From contig JADFZK010000012.1 in assembly GCA_015232565.1 (NCBI GenBank), forward strand, positions 1-62,934: a stretch of DNA of 62,934 bases, read 5' to 3'. Shown in pieces: positions 9,768 through 19,375 of the stretch (position 1 is its first letter; each line of letters opens with the position of its first letter). Under the pieces are notes generated by a model. That model was not told the origin of the DNA, ran no database searches, and was given only the letters and a program-made list of their open reading frames with translations. A program made the translations under genes and the position numbers. Origin of the DNA: Candidatus Omnitrophota bacterium. GTDB taxonomy: Bacteria; Omnitrophota; Gorgyraeia; Zapsychrales; Fredricksoniimonadaceae.

Positions 9768-10679
9768 ATGCCCAAAGGTTCTTCGTTGCTCATAGTAGGC
9801 CATCTGGATTGTGTGGAGAATGGCCTTTTTGCGGAATTTTCGTCGGCCGGTTTTGAAGTTACTTCGTCGGCCCGCGCGGGGTTGGACGTACTGGACCGCC
9901 CGCAGGTCGAGGCTTTCTTTGCCAAACAGCGCCCCGAATATGTGGTTTTGGCTTCGGTGCGTTCGGGTGGTATTGGTGTTAACCAGGCCCTGCCGGCCGA
10001 AATGATCTTCGAGAATATCCAGGCCCAGGCCAATATAATTGATGTGGCGTTCCATTGCGGAGTGAAGAAATTGCTTTTTCTGGCCGCTTCCTGTATCTAC
10101 CCCAAGGATTGCCCCCAGCCGATGGCCGAAGCGCATTTTCTGACCGGGCGTATGGAACCTACCAGTGAGCCGTATTCCATGGCCAAGGCCGCTGGGGTAA
10201 TTATGTGCCAGGCTTACCGCAAGCAGCATGGTTTTCCCGCTATTGTCGGTGTGCCGGCCACTGTTTATGGCCCGGGCGGAGCGGAAGATCCGAAAGATGC
10301 GCATGTGCTGGGCAGTATGACCGCCCGCTTCCGCGAGGCGATCAAAGCCGGCGCGCCCGAGGTTTCTTTCTGGGGGACGGGTGCTCCCCGGCGCGAGTTT
10401 ATTTATTCGGGTGATTTTGCCGAAGCCTGCCGTTTTCTGCTGGAAAATTATGACCGGCCGGAAATGGTGAATATCGGCTCGGGTAGTGATATCTCGATCC
10501 AGGACCTGGCTTCCCTGATCGCGGATGTGTATGGTTATGAGGGCCGGATCGTTTGGGACACTGCCAAGCCCGACGGTGCTCTCCGGAAACTGCTCGATAT
10601 TTCCCGGCTTTCGGCCCTGGGCTGGAAGCCTGGCGTGACCCTGCGCGAAGGCGTAACGATCTGTGCCCGCAGTTCCTAG
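9768..10679 (+). CDS. GDP-L-fucose synthase (Fcl/WcaG/ColC)-like epimerase-reductase, divergent
   Basis: SCIYPK, EPYSMAK, WGTGAPRREF, NIGSGSDISI, WDTAKPDG; degenerate Gly-rich motif and Ser107->Ala. Confidence 0.8.
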   Translation: MPKGSSLLIVGHLDCVENGLFAEFSSAGFEVTSSARAGLDVLDRPQVEAFFAKQRPEYVVLASVRSGGIGVNQALPAEMIFENIQAQANIIDVAFHCGVKKLLFLAASCIYPKDCPQPMAEAHFLTGRMEPTSEPYSMAKAAGVIMCQAYRKQHGFPAIVGVPATVYGPGGAEDPKDAHVLGSMTARFREAIKAGAPEVSFWGTGAPRREFIYSGDFAEACRFLLENYDRPEMVNIGSGSDISIQDLASLIADVYGYEGRIVWDTAKPDGALRKLLDISRLSALGWKPGVTLREGVTICARSS

Positions 10680-10689
10680 AGGGAAATTA

Positions 10690-12069
10690 ATGTCCTGGTT
10701 GCGCATTGTTCCTTTCTGCTGTCTGCCTTTCTATTGGGCCTGGTTGGCGCTCAATACTCAACCACTTATCATTTATGACGCCATCGGTTATGAGGCCGCT
10801 GGCCGCCTTATTGCGGCCCAGGGCCTGGGGGCGTATTTTCATGAACTGGGCCGTGAGCCGCTTTTCCCGTATCTGGTATCCCGCGCGATGCTTTTGGAAC
10901 AGGCCTGGGGTCCGCATTATCAATATTTCCTAAAGCCGATATTGTTGGTGTTTCTGGCCTTGACGCTGACGGGCATATACCGGCTGGCGCGCCTGCTGGG
11001 AGCCAGGCGGTCTTGGGCGGGCGCGGGGGTTTTCTACGCTGGGGTATCGCCGATAATCCTTAATTCAACTTTGTGGTTATGGTCGGAAGCCGCCGCTTTG
11101 CCCTGGGCGGTGTGGGGCGTTTTCTTTTGCCTGAAGGCCTGGCGGGCGGCCGGTGATAAACGTGATCCGCTGCGCGCGGCGGGGCTGGCGTTCATGGCCG
11201 GGGTAATGTTCACTGGTTTGTTGATGGTAAAGGCGGCGGTATCGGTGGTGGTGATGATATACGGCCTGCCGTTCCTGTTGGCCGGAGTGGTTTTTCTTTT
11301 TCGCCGCGACCGCGGCCGGGCGACAGCATTTATTGCGGCCGGGAGCGTTTTTCTGGTGATCTTTCTGGCTGCGGTAGAAGGTTATAAGGCGCTCAATTAT
11401 CGGATGAATGGCAACTATGCCATCACCTCGCGTTATCACTGGGCTTTGTATGGCAACACCGCCCGCAGGTTAATGCCGCTTACCAAAGAGCGTATAGCGC
11501 AGGCAGTGCTGTCGGTCCCCAGGCTGGGCCTTTGCGAGAAAGTATATGGCCGGGAATGCGGCTTTTGGACGTATCAGATGTCGGATAATATCAGTAACGA
11601 GGCCACGGCATATTGTAATTCGCAAGGCTTCTCGGAAGAACAGCAACGGCAGTTTCTGTTAAATAATTCTTTTCAGCTGATGGCCCGGCATCCTTTTCAG
11701 CAGGCGGCCATGTCGGTAGTGGAAGGCACCAAGATGTTGTTCTGGGAGAACCGGAATTATTTTGTGCGTTATCCGGCGTGGCTGGCCGGTTTGTACAGTC
11801 AGAGTATCCTGGTCTGTATTTTGTGTTTTGGCTGGGCCGCCTTAAGTTTGGCGGCGCTGGTGTATGCGTTTATCCGCTGGTCGGCCGGTTCCCTGTTGAC
11901 TGCTTCTTTTGTGTTGTGGTTCATTGCCGTTCACGCCATATTCTTTATAGATATGCGTTATGCTTTACCCATAGCGCCGCTGTTCATAGTTTTGACCGTA
12001 GTAATGCTGCAGGCGGGGTTCAGGAAGATCTCTGCCGCCAGATCACGAAAGGCCGCGGTTGATAAATAA
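10690..12069 (+). CDS. Polytopic membrane protein, putative GT-C (ArnT/PMT-like) glycosyltransferase
   Basis: IYDAIGY...GREPLFPY after first TM, ~10 hydrophobic segments, RYALP near C-terminus. Confidence 0.55.
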   Translation: MSWLRIVPFCCLPFYWAWLALNTQPLIIYDAIGYEAAGRLIAAQGLGAYFHELGREPLFPYLVSRAMLLEQAWGPHYQYFLKPILLVFLALTLTGIYRLARLLGARRSWAGAGVFYAGVSPIILNSTLWLWSEAAALPWAVWGVFFCLKAWRAAGDKRDPLRAAGLAFMAGVMFTGLLMVKAAVSVVVMIYGLPFLLAGVVFLFRRDRGRATAFIAAGSVFLVIFLAAVEGYKALNYRMNGNYAITSRYHWALYGNTARRLMPLTKERIAQAVLSVPRLGLCEKVYGRECGFWTYQMSDNISNEATAYCNSQGFSEEQQRQFLLNNSFQLMARHPFQQAAMSVVEGTKMLFWENRNYFVRYPAWLAGLYSQSILVCILCFGWAALSLAALVYAFIRWSAGSLLTASFVLWFIAVHAIFFIDMRYALPIAPLFIVLTVVMLQAGFRKISAARSRKAAVDK

Positions 12070-12721
12070 CAGGGTCAGGATCCTTATAGCCGACGACGAA
12101 CCCGAGATCTGCGATATCGTAAAAAGATATCTCGGCAAGCGGTTGGAGGCCGATATTTTCACCGTGGACTCTGGTGAGCAGGCTTTGGCCCTGGCGCGGG
12201 ACATCAAGCCCGACCTGTTGTTTCTGGACGTTTCTCTGGTCGGTAATTTGAATGGCTGGCAGGTGGTGGAGGAACTGCGCAAGTTCGATCCGCAGGTGCG
12301 GATCGTGGTGGTAAGCGGTTATGGCAATATACCGGAGCCATTCGCGGGGCTGGCCGCCCGGGAAGTGACGGAGTATTTGCGTAAACCGGTGTGCATAGAC
12401 GACCTTTATCGGGTCGCTTTAAAGGCGCTGGGCGAGAAGGCGCGGTACACCCAGGAGTTGTTTGTGCCTGCGCCCAAACCGGGTGACGATAAACCGCTTC
12501 TGGAACGCCTGGCCCACGACCTGAGCAATGTGCAAATGACCATCCAGATGCATTGCGCGCATTTTCTGGTGAGTCGGCAGGACGGATATTACCGGCAAGC
12601 TTCGTCCGAGGCGATCCTCAAGGACGCCGCCGAGAGTTTTGAGACCATTCAAAAGAAATGCGCCGAGCTGGAAAAGATCATCCTGGCCTTGCGTGCGGCT
12701 GACGCGGAGCCTAGTAGTTAG
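12059..12721 (+). CDS. Response regulator receiver + C-terminal HisKA-like (H-box) helix pair, no HATPase domain
   Basis: ILIADDEP...DLLFLDV...VVSG...RKP; then RLAHDLSN; TTG start. Confidence 0.7.
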   Translation: MINNRVRILIADDEPEICDIVKRYLGKRLEADIFTVDSGEQALALARDIKPDLLFLDVSLVGNLNGWQVVEELRKFDPQVRIVVVSGYGNIPEPFAGLAAREVTEYLRKPVCIDDLYRVALKALGEKARYTQELFVPAPKPGDDKPLLERLAHDLSNVQMTIQMHCAHFLVSRQDGYYRQASSEAILKDAAESFETIQKKCAELEKIILALRAADAEPSS

Positions 12722-12797
12722 CGATAAATCAACGGTTTCAGGGATTGCCCTTATAAGTGCTATGGGCTGTTTAATATGTGGACAAATGGAGGCGGGT

Positions 12798-13451
12798 ATG
12801 GGTAGTTTCCGGGATACATATCATTCTTTAGGCGGCAAGCTCAATCGGATCATAATGGGCATAGGCATTACCAAGGGGTACTTGACTGCGCTCAAAGGCC
12901 GGGAAGGCGAACAAACCATTATTAACGACTGTGTGCATAATTGCATTGTCATAGAAGAAGGAGCTCTTCAGCTGGAGCAGGAGCTGGCCTACTTGAAGAA
13001 GTTGTCTTATCGCCTGATGGATCCCGACCGCGACCTGGGTGAGCTCACCGCCGCTATTGAGGCCGAGAACCATAACCTGCGCATTTTGGTGGTGGATGAC
13101 GACGAGAGCCTTTGTGACATAATCCGGCAGGCCTATATGCGTAAAGGTTTTCAGGTCGATTCCGCCAGCACCAAAGACGCCGCCTTGAAACAGCTGGCGG
13201 CCGTTCGGCCGGACATTGTTATTCTGGACCTCTATTTTCAGGAAGGCCGGGAAGGTTTGGATATTTTGCGGGCTATCAAGGCCTTGAACAGCAACATTAA
13301 GACTGTCGTTATTACCAGCGAGGACCAGGAAGACAAATTGCGCGCGGTCCGTGCCCTTGGGCCCGAAGAGTTGCTCCTTAAGCCGGTAAGAGGGGAACAG
13401 CTGGAAGCCAAGATCAACGGACTTATAGCTTTGTTAACAAAGCTGAATTGA
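12798..13451 (+). CDS. N-terminal DHp-like helical domain + response regulator receiver
   Basis: GGAGG RBS before ATG 12798; N-terminal YHSLGGKLN; ILVVDDDE...DIVILDL...VITS...LLKP. Confidence 0.7.
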   Translation: MGSFRDTYHSLGGKLNRIIMGIGITKGYLTALKGREGEQTIINDCVHNCIVIEEGALQLEQELAYLKKLSYRLMDPDRDLGELTAAIEAENHNLRILVVDDDESLCDIIRQAYMRKGFQVDSASTKDAALKQLAAVRPDIVILDLYFQEGREGLDILRAIKALNSNIKTVVITSEDQEDKLRAVRALGPEELLLKPVRGEQLEAKINGLIALLTKLN

Positions 13452-13499
13452 AACGGTGGTGGCATTGTGAGCCACCAAGCTTGTTTCCGGTACATTCGG

Positions 13500-13528
13500 T
13501 TGCTTTTCTTTCTCCGTGGAAGTATAAT
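13500..13528 (+). promoter_or_regulatory. Candidate sigma70 promoter
   Basis: TTGCTT-17nt-TATAAT, preceded by a small GGTGGC/GCCACC hairpin after the upstream stop. Confidence 0.6.
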
Positions 13529-13570
13529 TTCACATTAAAAAATTAATAATATTTAAAAGGGGCGAGGAAT

Positions 13571-14503
13571 ATGAAGATATTGATCACTGGTGGCGCGGGA
13601 TATTTGGGTGCGGTGATGGTTCCCAGGCTTTTGGCGGCCGGGCATCAGGTGAGCGTGCTGGATAATTTTATGTACGGCCAGTCGCCTTTGCTGGACCTGT
13701 GCCATGAACCCAAGCTGGAAGTGGTGCGCGGGGATGCCCGGGACAAGAAAGTGGTGGAACGCCTGATGAAGGGCGCGGATGCGATTTTTCCGCTGGCTTG
13801 TTTGACCGGCGCGCCTTTATGCGCCAAGGATCCTGTTGGTGCCCAGACTATTCTGGTTGATGCGGTCAAGTTGATAGCTGACCTGTCCTCCAAAGATCAG
13901 CGCCTGATATATCCCACTACCAATAGCGGTTACGGCATAGGCGAAAAGGGCAAGTTCTGCACGGAAGAGACGCCCTTGCGGCCCATATCCATATATGGCA
14001 AGCTTAAGTGCGATGCCGAAAAGATCGTTTTGGACAGTGGCCATGGTATTACTCTGCGACTGGCCACTGCCTTTGGCGCCAGCCCGCGTATGCGGCTGGA
14101 CCTTTTGGTGAACGATTTTGTTTACCGGGCCGTTTACGACCGGTTCATTGTGCTTTTTGAGGCGCATTTCAAGCGTAATTTTATCCATACACGCGATGTG
14201 GCCAAGGCTTTTATGCATTCGTTGAATAACTTTGAGGCCATGAAGAACGAGCCGTATAACGTGGGCCTGTCGGATGCCAATTTGAGCAAACAGGAATTGT
14301 GTGAAGAGATCAAGAAACAGGTGCCGGATTTTTATTTCGTGGAGGCCGCGGTGGGCGAAGACCCGGACAAGCGGGACTATATAGTTTCCAATGCCAAGAT
14401 TGAAAAGGCCGGGTTCAAGCCGGACATGACCCTTTCCGCCGGTATTGCCGAGCTGGTCAAGGCGTACAGCATCATTAAACGTAATCAGTACGCCAATATC
14501 TAA
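13571..14503 (+). CDS. NAD-dependent epimerase/dehydratase (SDR)
   Basis: ITGGAGYLG, TTNSGYG, YGKLK (YxxxK), LRLATAFG, DPDKRDY. Confidence 0.88.
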   Translation: MKILITGGAGYLGAVMVPRLLAAGHQVSVLDNFMYGQSPLLDLCHEPKLEVVRGDARDKKVVERLMKGADAIFPLACLTGAPLCAKDPVGAQTILVDAVKLIADLSSKDQRLIYPTTNSGYGIGEKGKFCTEETPLRPISIYGKLKCDAEKIVLDSGHGITLRLATAFGASPRMRLDLLVNDFVYRAVYDRFIVLFEAHFKRNFIHTRDVAKAFMHSLNNFEAMKNEPYNVGLSDANLSKQELCEEIKKQVPDFYFVEAAVGEDPDKRDYIVSNAKIEKAGFKPDMTLSAGIAELVKAYSIIKRNQYANI

Positions 14504-14504
14504 A

Positions 14505-15740
14505 ATGCCTACGGTCTTTGTAAAACCTAACGATAAAAAGCGGCAATACAGCCGGGTTCAGCATTTGTCGGCTATCGAGATGCCGGCCTGGCTTTCTTTT
14601 ATGGCCAAGGCGCAGGGCGACAGTTTGATCGTGGATATGGAGGCCGAGGATCTCGATGAGATGGGCCTCATCCTGCGTTTAAAGGACTTTGCGGTTGACG
14701 AAGTGGTCCTGCTGGCCACCGGTTCGCATCCTTCGGCGCATATTCAGCAGTCGGAAGCGGCCGACCGCCTGAAGAAAGGCGTGGAGGCTATCTTTGCAGT
14801 GCCGGTGCGGGTGGAGAACCGGTTGTATTTCGACCCTACATTAATGGGTGTTATTCCTTACGATAAACTTCCGGTCAAGCTTTACCGGGCGCATAACTGG
14901 CATTCCTGGGGGCGGCCGGACCGTTCTTACGGGGTAACTTTCTCCAGCATCTCCTGTCCTTTCAAGTGTGACTTTTGTTGTGTAAAGGATTTTTACCATT
15001 CTGATTACCGTCAGCGCGATCCGCGGCTGGTGGTGGAAGATGTAAAAGCGCTGGTCGCCAAAGGTGTTACCAATATCAAGATGATGGACGAGCTTTTTGC
15101 CATCGACAATAAAGGCACGCGTGCGGTTTGTGAATTATTAAAAGCCGAAGGCCTGGGCGAGTTGATAAATATCTGGGCCTATGCGCGTATTGACACCGTG
15201 AGCGCCAGCCTGCTGAAATCTTTGCGCGGGGCCGGCGTACGCTGGCTGGCTTATGGTATTGAGTCGGGAAATGAAGCCATCCGTGCGGGGACCATGAAAG
15301 GCAAATTCACCAATGCGCATGTGCAGTCGGTGATCCAGATGACCAAGGACCATGATATCAGTATTGTTGGTAATTATATGTTCGGTTTCTGGGAAGACGG
15401 TATTGCCTCTATGCGAGAAACGCTGGACCTGGCCAAAGCCCTGAATTGTGAGTACTCCAACTTCTATTGCATGAGTGTGTACCCGGGCAGCCGCCTCTAT
15501 GATGAAATGAAGTCCCGGGGAGTGGCCCTGCCTTTAACCAGCGAGGAGTTCGCGCAGATGAGCCCGAACTTTAAACCGGTGCCGACTAAAACTTTGGATG
15601 GGCGATTCGTAATGGCGTTTCGGGATGCCGCTTTTAATGAATATTTCCGGGATCCCGGGTATCTGGCCATGATGGGAGCGCGGTTTGGCGCCAAGGCGGT
15701 GGAGGAGATAAAAGCCATGACCAGTATCGAGATCCGCTGA
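14505..15740 (+). CDS. Radical SAM protein with shortened B12-binding-like N-domain
   Basis: SISCPFKCDFC (CxxxCxxC), MDELF, YARIDT, GIESGN, GNYMFG. Confidence 0.82.
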   Translation: MPTVFVKPNDKKRQYSRVQHLSAIEMPAWLSFMAKAQGDSLIVDMEAEDLDEMGLILRLKDFAVDEVVLLATGSHPSAHIQQSEAADRLKKGVEAIFAVPVRVENRLYFDPTLMGVIPYDKLPVKLYRAHNWHSWGRPDRSYGVTFSSISCPFKCDFCCVKDFYHSDYRQRDPRLVVEDVKALVAKGVTNIKMMDELFAIDNKGTRAVCELLKAEGLGELINIWAYARIDTVSASLLKSLRGAGVRWLAYGIESGNEAIRAGTMKGKFTNAHVQSVIQMTKDHDISIVGNYMFGFWEDGIASMRETLDLAKALNCEYSNFYCMSVYPGSRLYDEMKSRGVALPLTSEEFAQMSPNFKPVPTKTLDGRFVMAFRDAAFNEYFRDPGYLAMMGARFGAKAVEEIKAMTSIEIR

Positions 15741-16966
15741 TGGCTACCAGGTTCTTTATTGCAGGGTTGATCTTTATAAGCGTAGCGGTCTGCGGACTGA
15801 AAGTCGCCGGTCAGAAACTTTTGTGGAACGACGAGCTTTTTACCCAGGTCGAGACCATTGATCGCCTGGGTTTTCCGGAGATCATTCAGGCGAAGTTCCC
15901 GGAAGGCAATCTGAGCCCGCTTTTCTATCTGGGACAGAAATGGATCTGCGCTCTGGCGGATTATCGCCTGCCGGTGAAGTGGCGCGGCGAGTTTTGTATA
16001 TATGAACCGCACGGGCAGGTGTTATTGCGTATATTGCCGGTGGTATGCATGGCGCTGGCGATGGCTTTGATCTTCTGGTATTTTGCCGTTCGTTTTTCTT
16101 TTGGGACTGGTTTCCTAAGCTTGGCGGTGACTCTTTCGGGATTCAGTTTCTGGGCTTTTATGCCGGAAGCCCGGCCGTATGCTTTGTGGGTTTTGCTTTG
16201 TGCCTTGCAGTGTATGCTTTTTTGGGAGATCGTCGGCGGCCAGAACGCCGGCAAGCGTTGGCCGTGGTTGGGGCTGGCGCTGGTTAATATCCTGCTGGCG
16301 TTTACGATATTTTTTTCCGCGTTTTCCGTTATAGCGGTCGCAGTAGTGTTGTTCTGCTACCAGCGTCGGCAGTATCTTTGGTACAGTTTTCTGGTGACGG
16401 TCCTTCCGCTGGCAATATGTGCAATGTATTATTTCCTTGCCAAGAGGACCTATGCCAATCTGGCCCAGGATCCGGGCAGTATTCTTTTATTGATTAAAAG
16501 CGGGTTGGCGCTGGTACTGTCGGGCGCTTTATTCGCGCAAAGAGACCTGATATTGACCAATGTGTCGCCGTTCTGGTTTTATTTCCTGGCGGTTGGCGCT
16601 GGCGTGATCGGGTGGCGGTATGTTGCGGGCCGGAGCGCGTCTTGCCATTGTTCACTCGAGGAAAAGGGGTTTTGGGGTTTGCTGGGCGCTTTTGTTCTGA
16701 TGCTGGCCATGGCATTGACCGTGATCTTCTGGTTCCTGGGCTGGAAGGCGAGCGGGAACTTTGCCGTAGCGGAGCGATATTTTATTTTTCTCACGCCTTT
16801 TGCGGTTTTCCTGGTGGTATTGACCGCGCGCCTGTTATGGCGCCGGGCGCAAGAAGACGCCGGGTGCCGCTTGATGGTGGTGGTGGGCACCGGGTCGGTT
16901 ATAGCGTTAACAAGTTTATGGACCCATATCCAGTTAATGAAATGGGGGCCGTTTTGGTCGGTGTGA
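15740..16966 (+). CDS. Polytopic membrane protein, putative GT-C glycosyltransferase
   Basis: LWNDELFT, SPLFY, EARPYAL, ERYFIF motifs in a multi-TM protein. Confidence 0.55.
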   Translation: MATRFFIAGLIFISVAVCGLKVAGQKLLWNDELFTQVETIDRLGFPEIIQAKFPEGNLSPLFYLGQKWICALADYRLPVKWRGEFCIYEPHGQVLLRILPVVCMALAMALIFWYFAVRFSFGTGFLSLAVTLSGFSFWAFMPEARPYALWVLLCALQCMLFWEIVGGQNAGKRWPWLGLALVNILLAFTIFFSAFSVIAVAVVLFCYQRRQYLWYSFLVTVLPLAICAMYYFLAKRTYANLAQDPGSILLLIKSGLALVLSGALFAQRDLILTNVSPFWFYFLAVGAGVIGWRYVAGRSASCHCSLEEKGFWGLLGAFVLMLAMALTVIFWFLGWKASGNFAVAERYFIFLTPFAVFLVVLTARLLWRRAQEDAGCRLMVVVGTGSVIALTSLWTHIQLMKWGPFWSV

Positions 16967-17664
16967 ACCTTTCCTGCAGGGCGACGGTGATCAGGGCGCT
17001 GGTATTCCTGGCCATTGTTTTTGCGGCGGCGTTCTCCTGGTGGTCATTGTGGCGGGAATACCCGAATGCGCGGGAAGGGCTTTACTCGCGGAGGATCGAC
17101 AGTTATCTGCCGGACCTGGGCGCGCTGGGCCCGGAGTTACTGCGCAGTGGCAAGGAAAGCTCCCGGTTCCTGGCGTATTATCATTTGATCGAACGGCAGA
17201 GTATGGGCACCGCCGGCGTTAACGAAATGCTGGGGTATTGTTACTACTATTCCGGGAATGCCCGAAAGGCGGTGGAGTATTTCGAACGTGCTTTGCGCTC
17301 CGCGCCGGGTTCGTTCATTGCCCGCTATAATCTGGGGGTTATTTATTTTCGTAAGAAAGACCTGGAAAAGGCTTTGGTTTATTTTCAGCAGGCGGTGGGG
17401 ATACCGGAAGGTCTGGCCTTAAGTTATGTTGTCCGCTCGAAGGTGTTTTCCCAATTTCGGGTGGTCAGGCGGATAGCGCCGCGGGAATCTTTGCTGATAT
17501 TGCAGGCCGAATATGGTGACGCTAAACGGTTCATAAGGACCGCTCTGGAACAGTTGGGCCGCACCCGGGACTTGTTTTTTCTGGGTGCGCGGTATAATGA
17601 CTTGCGAAAAGTTTGGGCCGAGAATGGCGGAGCGCCGTTTTCGACGGAGTTGATCATTTTCTAA
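16963..17664 (+). CDS. Membrane-anchored TPR protein
   Basis: N-terminal TM then LGYCYYYSGNARKAVEYFERAL and YNLGVIYFRKKDLEKALVYFQQAV; GTG start overlapping the upstream TGA. Confidence 0.7.
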   Translation: MNLSCRATVIRALVFLAIVFAAAFSWWSLWREYPNAREGLYSRRIDSYLPDLGALGPELLRSGKESSRFLAYYHLIERQSMGTAGVNEMLGYCYYYSGNARKAVEYFERALRSAPGSFIARYNLGVIYFRKKDLEKALVYFQQAVGIPEGLALSYVVRSKVFSQFRVVRRIAPRESLLILQAEYGDAKRFIRTALEQLGRTRDLFFLGARYNDLRKVWAENGGAPFSTELIIF

Positions 17665-17678
17665 GACGGGGAAATCAG

Positions 17679-18677
17679 ATGATAATTTCAAGGACGCCTT
17701 TTCGGATCTCGTTCTTCGGCGGTGGTACGGATTATCCGGCCTGGTTCAAAGACCATCCGGGCGCGGTGCTGGCGACTACAATAGATAAATACTGTTATCT
17801 GACGGTGCGCTATTTGCCGCCGTTCTTTGAACATCGTTCCCGGATCATTTATTCCAAAATGGAGCATGTGCAGGGGGTGGATGAGATCGACCATCCTTCC
17901 GTGCGTGAAACTTTGCGTTATTTAAATATCAATGAAGGCATCGAGATCCATCATGACGGCGATCTGCCCGCGCGCACCGGCCTGGGGTCCAGCTCGGCAT
18001 TTACCGTGGGCCTGCTGAATGTGCTTTACGCCTTGAAAGGCGCCATGACCACCAAACAGCAGTTGGCCGAACAGGCGATCCATATTGAACAGGACCTGAT
18101 CGGTGAGAATGTAGGTTCCCAGGACCAGACGTTGGCGGCTTTCGGCGGTTTTAATCACATTGAGTTCGGCGGAGACGGCCGGATGAATGTGCGGCAGTTG
18201 ACTTTGCCAAATGAGCGTATGCGCGGTTTGCAGGACCATATGATGTTGTTCTTCACGGGTTTCTCCCGGACGGCTTCCCTGATAGCGGCGCATCAGATCC
18301 AGAATATCCCCAAGCGCCATAAAGAACTCGCCGAGATGTATGGTTTTGTGCAAGAGGGGCTGAAATGTTTGAATAATAACGATCTGAAAGGTTTTGGGGT
18401 TTTACTGAACGAGAGTTGGAAACTTAAGCGTACGCTTTCTGACAAGATCACGACCGACGCGATCGACGATATTTACGCCCGGGCTATTAAGGCCGGAGCC
18501 CTGGGTGGTAAATTGCTCGGTGCGGGTGGCGGCGGTTTTGTGCTTATTTACGCTGAGCCCGACCGGAAGTCCGCGGTGCGCCAGGCGTTGGGTGGTTTTC
18601 TGGAGATCCCTTTTAAGTTCGAGGGGCTGGGCAGTCAGATCATTTTTTATCAGCCCAACAGCGGAGTGGTGGCATGA
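17679..18677 (+). CDS. hddA: D-glycero-D-manno-heptose 7-phosphate kinase (GHMP family)
   Basis: TPFRISFFGGGTD, LPARTGLGSSS, VGSQDQ, GKLLGAGGGG. Confidence 0.85.
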   Translation: MIISRTPFRISFFGGGTDYPAWFKDHPGAVLATTIDKYCYLTVRYLPPFFEHRSRIIYSKMEHVQGVDEIDHPSVRETLRYLNINEGIEIHHDGDLPARTGLGSSSAFTVGLLNVLYALKGAMTTKQQLAEQAIHIEQDLIGENVGSQDQTLAAFGGFNHIEFGGDGRMNVRQLTLPNERMRGLQDHMMLFFTGFSRTASLIAAHQIQNIPKRHKELAEMYGFVQEGLKCLNNNDLKGFGVLLNESWKLKRTLSDKITTDAIDDIYARAIKAGALGGKLLGAGGGGFVLIYAEPDRKSAVRQALGGFLEIPFKFEGLGSQIIFYQPNSGVVA

Positions 18678-19375
18678 ACGCGGATTTCCTTTTGTTATGC
18701 GGCGGGTTGGGGACGCGCCTGCGGTCGGTAACGGGTGATGCGCCCAAGGTAATGGCCGAGGTCCAGGGAGAGCCGTTTCTGGATTTCTTGATCCGTTATC
18801 TTATGCGGCAGGGTGCCCGGCGGATCATTTTGTGCGCCGGATACCGGGCCGAGTCGCTGGCCGGGCATTATCGGGACAAGTTCCGGGAGATCGAGGTATT
18901 GATGTCGATCGAGCCTGAGCCTTTGGGTACGGGCGGCGCATTCAAGAATGCCAGCGCCCTGGTCAAGAGCGAACTGGTCTTCGGCCTTAATGGCGATTGT
19001 TTTACGCCGCTGGATTATCCGGCCATGCTGGCCGCGCACCATAACAAGGGCGCGCTTATAACCCTGGCCGGAGTGCGGGTGGAAGGCAACCAGGATTTTG
19101 GCACTATTGTAATGAATGAACGGGATGAAATAACCGAGTTTAAGGAAAAGTTCGTTACCAAAGATGTGCAGTACATAAGCGCCGGTATCTACTGTTTTAA
19201 CCGGGAGCTTTTTGCTATGATGCCGCAGGGTAAATTCTCTATTGAGTACGATCTTTTTCCGGGCTTGATCGGAAAAGGTTTTTATGGAGTCAAGGTGGAC
19301 GCGCCATTTATTGATATTGGCACGCCGGAGCGTTTTGAATGGGCCAAAAAGAATCTGGGGAGCATGCTGAAATGA
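18674..19375 (+). CDS. hddC: Heptose-1-phosphate guanylyltransferase-like nucleotidyltransferase
   Basis: LCGGLGTRL, EPLGTGGA, LNGD, FIDIGTPE; directly follows hddA. Confidence 0.72.
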   Translation: MNADFLLLCGGLGTRLRSVTGDAPKVMAEVQGEPFLDFLIRYLMRQGARRIILCAGYRAESLAGHYRDKFREIEVLMSIEPEPLGTGGAFKNASALVKSELVFGLNGDCFTPLDYPAMLAAHHNKGALITLAGVRVEGNQDFGTIVMNERDEITEFKEKFVTKDVQYISAGIYCFNRELFAMMPQGKFSIEYDLFPGLIGKGFYGVKVDAPFIDIGTPERFEWAKKNLGSMLK

